Positions 57,674-64,000 of a stretch of 64,000 nucleotides of DNA are shown in pieces. Numbering within the stretch: position 1 is the stretch's first letter; the number at the start of each line of letters is the position of its first letter. The notes under the pieces are model-generated. The model was not told the origin of the DNA. It made no database searches and saw only the letters and a list, made by a program, of their open reading frames with translations. This stretch comes from an uncultured delta proteobacterium (GTDB taxonomy: Bacteria; Myxococcota_A; Polyangia; Fen-1088): assembly GCA_963767925.1 (NCBI GenBank), contig CAVYGB010000010.1, positions 58,606 through 122,605 of the forward strand, read 5' to 3'. The position numbers and the translations under genes are program-made.

Positions 57674-58991
57674 CTACAGGCCGGCCAGGCGGCGGTCGGC
57701 GTCGCCGAAGCGGTCGAGCTTGACGCCCATGCGGTCCATGAGCGACAGGTACAGGCTGCACAGCTTGCGGTTGTCGTCGCCGGCGGGCAGGTAGTCGAGC
57801 ACGCGGCCGGTCTCGAGCGTGCCGCCCAGGCCGCCGGCGGTGACCACCGGCAGCTTCATGTTGTCGTGCTTCCAGCCGGACCACATGTTCGACAGGAACA
57901 TCAGGCAGGAGTTGTCGAGCACGGTGCCCTCCCCTTCCGGCATCGCCTCCAGCCGGGCGGCCAGGTAGGCGAACTGGCCGAGGTGGAAGCGCGAGATGCG
58001 CTCGTAGCCGTCGGACAGGTCGTCGTGCGAGGCGCCGTGGTGGCCCTCGCGCACGTCGAGGAACGGGTAGTAGAGCGCCGAGAGGTCGCGGCACAGCAGC
58101 AGGGTGGCGATGCGGGTCTTGTCGGTCTGGAAGGCGAGCGCGATGATGTCGCACATCAGCCGCGCGTGCTCGCGCAGATCTTCGGGCAGGCCGTTGTCGC
58201 GGGCGCTTCATGGTGAGCAGCGGGCGGTCCTCGCTGGCGCTGTCCTCGGCCTTGCCCTTGCTCGGTGCGCATGCCGCTCGACGCGCTTCTCGACCTCGCG
58301 CACGCTGGTCAGGTACTCGTCGAGCTTGCCCTTGTCGCTGGCGCTGACCTGGCGGCTGAGGCTGCTGGCCCGGTCCATCACCCGGTCGAGGACGCTCTGG
58401 TTGCGCAGGCTGCCGCGGTTCTCGAACAGGCTGTCGAAGGCCAGCGACGGGTAGACCTCGATCGGCACCGGCGAGTCGGCGCTCTGCCAGGAGATGTGCG
58501 AGCTGTAGGCCATCGAGAAGTTCGTCTCGTGGTAGCCGGTCATCGGCTGCTCGCAGGCCAGCACCATGCTCGGCTGGGCGGTCTCCTGGCCGACCTGCTT
58601 GGCCAGCACCTGGTCGACGCTGATGCCGGCCTTGATCACCGCGCCCCGCTGCAGCGACGCGCCCGACAGCATGTTGCCGGTCTGGCCGGGGTGGATGCCC
58701 TCGCCCACCGCCGGCTTGTTGAACAGGCCGTTGATGACGTTGATCTTCTTCTTCACCGGCTCGAGCGGCTGCAGGGTCTTGCCGAGCTTCATCTGCGGCG
58801 CCCTGCCCCTTGGCCCACCAGTGGTTGCCGTTGATGCCGTTGCCCATGAACAGCACCGCGAACCGCTTGGGGAAGGCGCCCGCGGCCCCCGGCACCGCCG
58901 CCGGACCGGCCAGCGCGGGCATCGACTCCAGCCAGGGCAGCGCCATGGTGACACCGGCGCCACGCAACACCGCTCGTCGGGAGATCTTCAT
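57674..58991 (-). pseudogene. DUF1552-domain gene, paralog 2, disrupted by at least three frameshifts
   Basis: Three fragments in three different frames are collinear with the intact copy at 5839-7137: (i) MKISRRAVLRGAGVTMALPWLESMP...HWWAKGQGA, (ii) MKLGKTLQPLEP...SHISWQS...LDEYLTSVREVEKRVE, (iii) MCDIIALAFQTDKTRIA...LSNMWSGWKHD...RFGDADRRLAGL. Confidence 0.7.
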
Positions 58992-61900
58992 CGGAGGGGC
59001 TCCTTTGCCATCGCTGCTCGCCTCACGGCCTCGTTTGTTCAGGAACTGCGGGCTGGTCACGACGCTCTCCACGAGGCTGCCGAAGCGGTGGCCGTCGCGG
59101 CCAGCCGGGCCCGCATCTGCCCGATGGTGGCGTCGTCGGACAGCATCACGCTCCGCCCCAGCCCGTAGGCCAGCAGCTTGCGCGCAGAGGTTGTCGAGGA
59201 AGTCGTCCTGCCGGCGGGCGCGCAGGTAGGTCCGCAGCCCGGCCAGCCCCTCACCCTCGCCGCCGCCGGGAAGGCTGGCCTTCGCGTCGACCGGCCGGCC
59301 GGCGAGGTCCTGGCGTCCGCTTCTCGCCGACGGGGCCGTAGCCCTCGAAGACCAGGCCGAGCGAATCGAAGCGGGCGTGGCAGGCGGCGCAGGCCGGGTC
59401 CTCGCGGTGCTGGGCCAGCACCTCGCGCAGCGGCAGATCGGCCTTGGCCTCGTCGCGCGGCAGCTCGGGCACCACCGCGGGCGGCGGCGGGATGTCGCTC
59501 GCCGAGGACGTTCTTGACCACCCAGTAGCCGCGCTTGACCGGGCTGGTGCGCAGCCCGGGCGCGTTCTTGGTCAGGAACACCGCCATCGGCAGCAGGCCG
59601 CCGCGGCCGTAGGTGCTCGGCGTCGTCGACCCGCACCCAGCGATCCGACCCGCCGGCCGGCTCGGGCATGCCGTAGTGCCTGGCCAGCGCCGGGTTGACG
59701 AAGGTGTGGCGGCCGTAGAGCAGGTCGAGCACCGAGCGGTCGCCCTGGACGACGTCGACGAGGAAGCGGACCGGCTCCTCGAACATCGCCTGGCGCAGGT
59801 CGTTGTCGAAGGTCGGGGAAGCGCTCGCGATCGACGGCGTTGTGCTCCTCGAAGCGGCGGAAGTCGAGCCAGTTGCCGCCGAACTCGGTGGCCAGCGCCG
59901 CGCACCCGGTCGTCCTTCAGCATGCGCCGGGCCTGGCGCACCAGCACCTCCGGCCGGTGCAGGTCGGCCCGCCCGGGCCTCGGCCAGCAGCTCGGCGTCG
60001 GGCATGCTCGACCAGAGGAAGTAGCTCAGCCGGCTGGCCAGCGCGTGGTCCGACAGCGGCTGCACGCCCGGCCCCCGCTCGACCAGGTCGATGCGGTAGC
60101 AGAAGTCCGGCGACATCAGCACGCTGACGACCGCGTCGCGCATGGCCTCCTCGTGATCGAGGCCGGCGGTTTCCCGCTGCGACCGGTAGTAGGCCAGCAG
60201 GTCCTTCTTCTCCGCGTCCGTCCAGGGGGCGGCGGTAGGCCTGGGCGGCGAACCGGGTCAGGGCCTCCAGGTGCTTGGGCTCGGCCTCGTGGCGGGCCTT
60301 CTCCACCCAGCGGACGGTGGCGTTGACGCTGTCGAAGTGCTCGCGCACCGCCTTCATCGCGACCTCGTTGCCGCTCGGCCGGACCCGGGCCAGGTAGATC
60401 TCCTTGACCTTCTTGATCATCGGCTCGGTGGTGACGTCCTTCGCCTCGTCGTCGCTCGGCGGGGTGACGGCCTTGCCCCCCGACGCCGCGCCCGCGCCGG
60501 CCGGCTCGCTGCCCGCGCCGGGGGCCGAGGCGGCGCCGCGCTTGCGGGCCTCGCCGCTCTCGCTGAAGTAGAACTGCACGTAGGTGCGGCTGGTGCCGAG
60601 CGCGACGTAGTCGAGGTCGTGCCAGAGGGCGTCGAGCTCCTTCTTCCCCTTCTCGTCGAGGATCATCTCGTAGAGGGGCTTGTCGTCGCGGAAGTAGCCC
60701 ATCAGGTTGTGGAACCCGGCGCTGAGGTAGCGGCCCTTGTCCCGCGAGGTGTCGAGGTAGTTGCGGCCGCGCTCGGCCACGTAGAAGGCGTCGGGGAAGA
60801 CCGCGGCGAAGCGGGCGAAGGCGGCCTCGTAGCGGGCCCGATCGGCCGCCGGCACCTTCAGGTCGGGATCGACGCCCCCCTGGCGGGGGCGCTTGTCGCC
60901 GGCGTCCTCGTCATCGTCGTCGTCCGCATTGGCCGGGCGGGCCCGGACCGCCGGGGCGGCGACCGGATCGGCCTTGCCGTCGATCTGCAGGACGTTGCGG
61001 TCGTAGCTGGTGCGCGCGGCCGCGTATTGCCGGTTCTTCCACATCAGGAAGGGCTGGGCGGTGCCGCGCATGCCCGCCACGCTGAGGGGCTCGAAGCGGG
61101 GCTCGATCTTCTCGCGCAGCCCCGTCACGAAGGCGCGCATGCGCTCGCTGCCGGCGCGGGCCAGGACCCCCCGCGCCTCGCCGGTGACCCCGGCCGCCGG
61201 AGGGGGCAGCTCGCGCCACATGGTCTGCAGCTTGGCGATGGGCCCCACCTGCTCGCGGGTCTCGAGGGTGCGCCAGATCAGCGCCAGGTACTTCGGGCTC
61301 ACCTTGGTCTCGGCCGCCACCTGGGCCAGGCTGGCTTTCGGCTTGCCGAGGGCGGCCCGGTGCTTGAACCGCCAGGCGGCGTGAAAGTAATCGGCGAAGT
61401 CGGTGGCGTGGCGCTTGTAGAAGTCGACGATCTGGGTGACGCAGTACTTGTCCCGGTCGGTCTCGACGAGCATCGGGTGGGCGGCGAAGGCCAGCGTGTC
61501 GGGCCGGAACACCAGGTGGTTGGCCACCTCGCGCGCGGCCTGCAGGTACTTGCCCAGCAGCGCCGGCGACATCGCCAGCGACTCGCCCGAGTTGTCGAAG
61601 CCGGCCGGGTTGGCCGGGTCCACCGGGAACTCCCGGGTCGGGCGGATGTCGACCCCGGTCAGATCGCGGATCGTGTAGTTGTATTCGGCGTTGCTCAGCC
61701 GGCGGGCCAGGACCAGCCCCGGATCGCCGGCGTTCTTGCGGGCCTCATGGGTCCGCAGCGCCTCGATCCAGTGGATCACCTGCTGCCGCTCGGCCTCGGG
61801 TGGCTGCTCCGACGTCTCGGGCGGCATCTGCTTGGCCACCAGCCGCTCGAGCAACGTCTCCCACTGGTGGCTGTCGCGCACCACGGTCTCGAGGCGGGTG

Positions 61901-62093
61901 TAGCCGCGCAGATCGAGGTCCGCCTTCGGCTTCTCGCCGCCGTGGCAGCTGTTGCAGTGCCGCTCGAGGAAAGGCTGGACGGTGGCGCCGAGGCCCCGCT
62001 CCAGGTCCCGGACGGACGGGGTGGACGCGCCGGCCGCCCAGGCCGGAGGCGCGAGAAGCAGAAGAGGGACAGCGATGATTGCGCGTAGTGTCA
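58992..62093 (-). pseudogene. DUF1592-family (PSD/PSCyt-type) gene, paralog 2. The N-terminal about 620 codons are intact (60.2-62.1 kb); the 3' third is broken by about 8-10 frameshifts.
   Basis: Signal peptide MTLRAIIAVPLLLLAPPAWA, CNSCHG (CxxCH), then regions collinear with 2661-5837. Downstream fragments (MRDAVVSVLMSPDF...LSYFLWSS; ARRMLKDDRVR; FDNDLRQAMFEEPVRF; GGLLPMAVFLTKNAPGLRTSPVKRGYWVV; ACAACHARFDSLGL; RKLLAYGLGRSVMLSDDATI; SPQF) lie in alternating frames. The last frame runs into the DUF1552 ATG with no stop. Confidence 0.7.
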
Positions 62094-62170
62094 TGACGTT
62101 CGGCAACCCGACCTTTACAAAGTGCGCCCAGACCCCACCCAGCTCGCAAGATATTGCCAAGCCGACGCCC

Positions 62171-63055
62171 TCAGCTCCCGCTGGCCGCCTTCAGGAATCC
62201 CTGATCGGCCATCCACTCCTGAAAGCGGCTGGGCCAGCCCGTGATGGCGAGCGGCCGCTCGCGCATCCCGAAGCCATGACCACCCTTGGCGAAGATGTGA
62301 AGCTCCGCGTTGACTCCGGCTTCGCGCAGCTTCTGGAACACCTCGACCGAGGTGGCGGTGGGCCCCTTGTCGTCGGCCGCCACGCAGATGAAGGCCGGGG
62401 GCGCGTCCTTGGGGATGGGCAACCCCTCGCGCTTGGCGCCGCCGTAGAGCAGGGCCTGGAAGGCGGGCCGGGCGCTCTCCCGGTCAACCGGGTCCTTGGC
62501 CTTTGGATCGCCCGCGTCGTACTGGCCGGCGGCGTGGCTGACGATCTGGGCCCCGGCCGAGAACCCGATCAGGCCGATGCGCTGCGGGTCGAGCCCCCAG
62601 CCCTTCGCGCGCGAGCGCACGAGCCGCAGCGCCCGCTGAGCGTCCTTGACCGCGTGCTCCTCGACCTTGTAGGTCGAGCCCTCCTCGCGGGCCAGCCGGT
62701 ACTTCAGGACGAACCCGGCCACCCCCTTGCTGGCCAGCCAGCGAGCCACCGCGTGCCCCTCGTTGTCGATCGACAGGTAGCGGTGGCCGCCGCCCGGCAA
62801 GATGATCACGCTGGCCCCGGTCGCCGTCGCCTTGCTCGGCAGGTAGACCGTCACCGAGGGCTTGTGGATGCTGGCCAGCCGCCGGACGCCGTCGCTGTTC
62901 TCGCGCACGACCTCCTTCTCGGGAGCGGTCTTGCCCTCCGAGCCGGGGGCGCCGTTGCGCCACAGGACCACCTCCTCCGGCGCGGCGTCGGCGGCCCGCG
63001 CCGGCAGCGCGAGCAGGAGCGAACCCGAGATCAGAAGCAGGCTGGTCATCTTCAT
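62171..63055 (-). CDS. Secreted alpha/beta-hydrolase (carbohydrate-esterase / dienelactone-hydrolase-like)
   Basis: Signal peptide; GFSAG (GxSxG nucleophile elbow) in IGLIGFSAGAQ; ...AADD..., then KGGHGFG (catalytic His region). Confidence 0.7.
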   Translation of the reverse strand: MKMTSLLLISGSLLLALPARAADAAPEEVVLWRNGAPGSEGKTAPEKEVVRENSDGVRRLASIHKPSVTVYLPSKATATGASVIILPGGGHRYLSIDNEGHAVARWLASKGVAGFVLKYRLAREEGSTYKVEEHAVKDAQRALRLVRSRAKGWGLDPQRIGLIGFSAGAQIVSHAAGQYDAGDPKAKDPVDRESARPAFQALLYGGAKREGLPIPKDAPPAFICVAADDKGPTATSVEVFQKLREAGVNAELHIFAKGGHGFGMRERPLAITGWPSRFQEWMADQGFLKAASGS

Positions 63056-63120
63056 TGTGCGAGCTCCGGGGGTGACGAAGGGTCGGAAGCGGGCGGGTTT
63101 CAGCGGCGACAGGGCGTCGA

Positions 63121-64000
63121 TCAGCCGCCCTCGGACGGCGGCAAGAACTTCGCGCAGACGGGCAGCGAGGCCTCGGCGAAGACGCCCGAGGGTTTGAGGC
63201 GGCCGTTGCCGGCGTCGATCCGGCAGGCCAGCAGGCTGTCCGAGCCCTGGTTGGCGATCACCAGGTGCTTGGCCGACGGCTCGATGCCGAAGTGGCGGGG
63301 CGCCTTGCCGCCCGTGCCCTGCTCCTCGACGTAGGTGAGCGTCCCCTTGTCGGGGTCGACGTTGAACAGCACGATGCTGTTGTGGCCGCGGTTGGAGGCG
63401 TAGAGGAACTTGCCCGAGGGGTGGATGTCCACCTCGGCGCAGCTATTGGGACCGTCGTAGTGCTCGGGCAGGGTGCGCAGGGTCTGCAGCTCCTTGAGCA
63501 CGCCGGCCTTGGCGTCGTAGGCGAACGCCACAACGGTCGAGTCCATCTCGTTGAGCACGTAGGCGAAGCGGCCGTCGGGGCGAAACACCATGTGCCTGGG
63601 GCCGGCGCCGGGCTTGACCGAGACCGAGGCGGGGTTGTGGGCGGTGAGCTTGCCCCTGGCCCCGTCGAAGCGGTAGGCCATCACCTTGTCGAGGCCCAGG
63701 TCGCACACGAAGGCGAAGCGGTTCTCCGGATCGAGGGTCACGCAGTGGGCGTGGGGGCCCTTCTGCCGGTCGGGGTGCACGCTCTTGCCGCTGTGCTGGA
63801 CGACGGCGCTGGGCTCGCCCAGGCGCCCGTCGGCGGCCACCGGCAACACGGCCACGCTGCCGCTGCCGTAGTTGGCGACCAGCACGTTCTTGCCGGCCTT
63901 GTCGAGGACGAGGTGGCAGGGCCCGGTGCCCATCGAGGGGCGCTGGTTGAGCAGGTTCAGCTTGCCGGTGGCGGGGTCGATGGCGAACGCGCTCACGGCG
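63121..64000 (-). CDS. 6-phosphogluconolactonase-type 7-bladed beta-propeller lactonase (partial; N-terminus beyond window end)
   Basis: Repeated blades ...L(V/Y)..N..S..V..F..D...G.L; HP.G.F.Y..N; resembles Pgl/3-carboxymuconate-cyclase-like lactonases. The ORF is open to the window edge. Confidence 0.65.
   Translation of the reverse strand, partial: AVSAFAIDPATGKLNLLNQRPSMGTGPCHLVLDKAGKNVLVANYGSGSVAVLPVAADGRLGEPSAVVQHSGKSVHPDRQKGPHAHCVTLDPENRFAFVCDLGLDKVMAYRFDGARGKLTAHNPASVSVKPGAGPRHMVFRPDGRFAYVLNEMDSTVVAFAYDAKAGVLKELQTLRTLPEHYDGPNSCAEVDIHPSGKFLYASNRGHNSIVLFNVDPDKGTLTYVEEQGTGGKAPRHFGIEPSAKHLVIANQGSDSLLACRIDAGNGRLKPSGVFAEASLPVCAKFLPPSEGG

Overview
This is a 64 kb chromosomal window with about 70% GC and dense coding on both strands; no rRNA, tRNA, CRISPR or mobile elements were seen. 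The taxonomic guess is a high-GC Myxococcota-like or Planctomycete-like genome. That guess rests on the DUF1592/DUF1552 protein pairs, a FAM20-like kinase, a giant choice-of-anchor-D repeat protein and GC-rich codon usage. Clear housekeeping genes are rimO (partial), coaX, gyrA, hemL and slyD.

Notable modules:
- An intact PSD/PSCyt-type DUF1592-family gene followed by a DUF1552 gene (2.66-7.14 kb), and a second, heavily frameshifted paralogous pair on the opposite strand (57.7-62.1 kb).
- A four-gene, co-oriented block of Ser/Thr kinase, NfeD and two tandem flotillins (31.5-36.4 kb), in which nfeD and the two flotillin genes are linked by ATGA stop/start overlaps.
- A type-II-anchored FAM20 (Golgi casein kinase)-like kinase divergent from a CelD/FemAB-like GNAT gene (7.1-9.6 kb).
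- A roughly 1,840-aa lipoprotein with about 16-17 tandem ASH/choice-of-anchor-D repeats (17.4-22.9 kb).
- A polysaccharide modification cluster (45.0-52.7 kb).
- A REC-GAF-HD-GYP regulator.

Several genes carry apparent small indels: rimO, both flotillins, and the second DUF1592/DUF1552 pair. These may be real pseudogenes or assembly errors; only re-sequencing can tell. Two short tandem repeat arrays (12-mer x4.8 upstream of a fadL-like gene; 10-mer x3 upstream of gyrA) and a few palindromes are flagged. Many long ORFs in the six-frame track are antisense artefacts of the high GC and were discarded.
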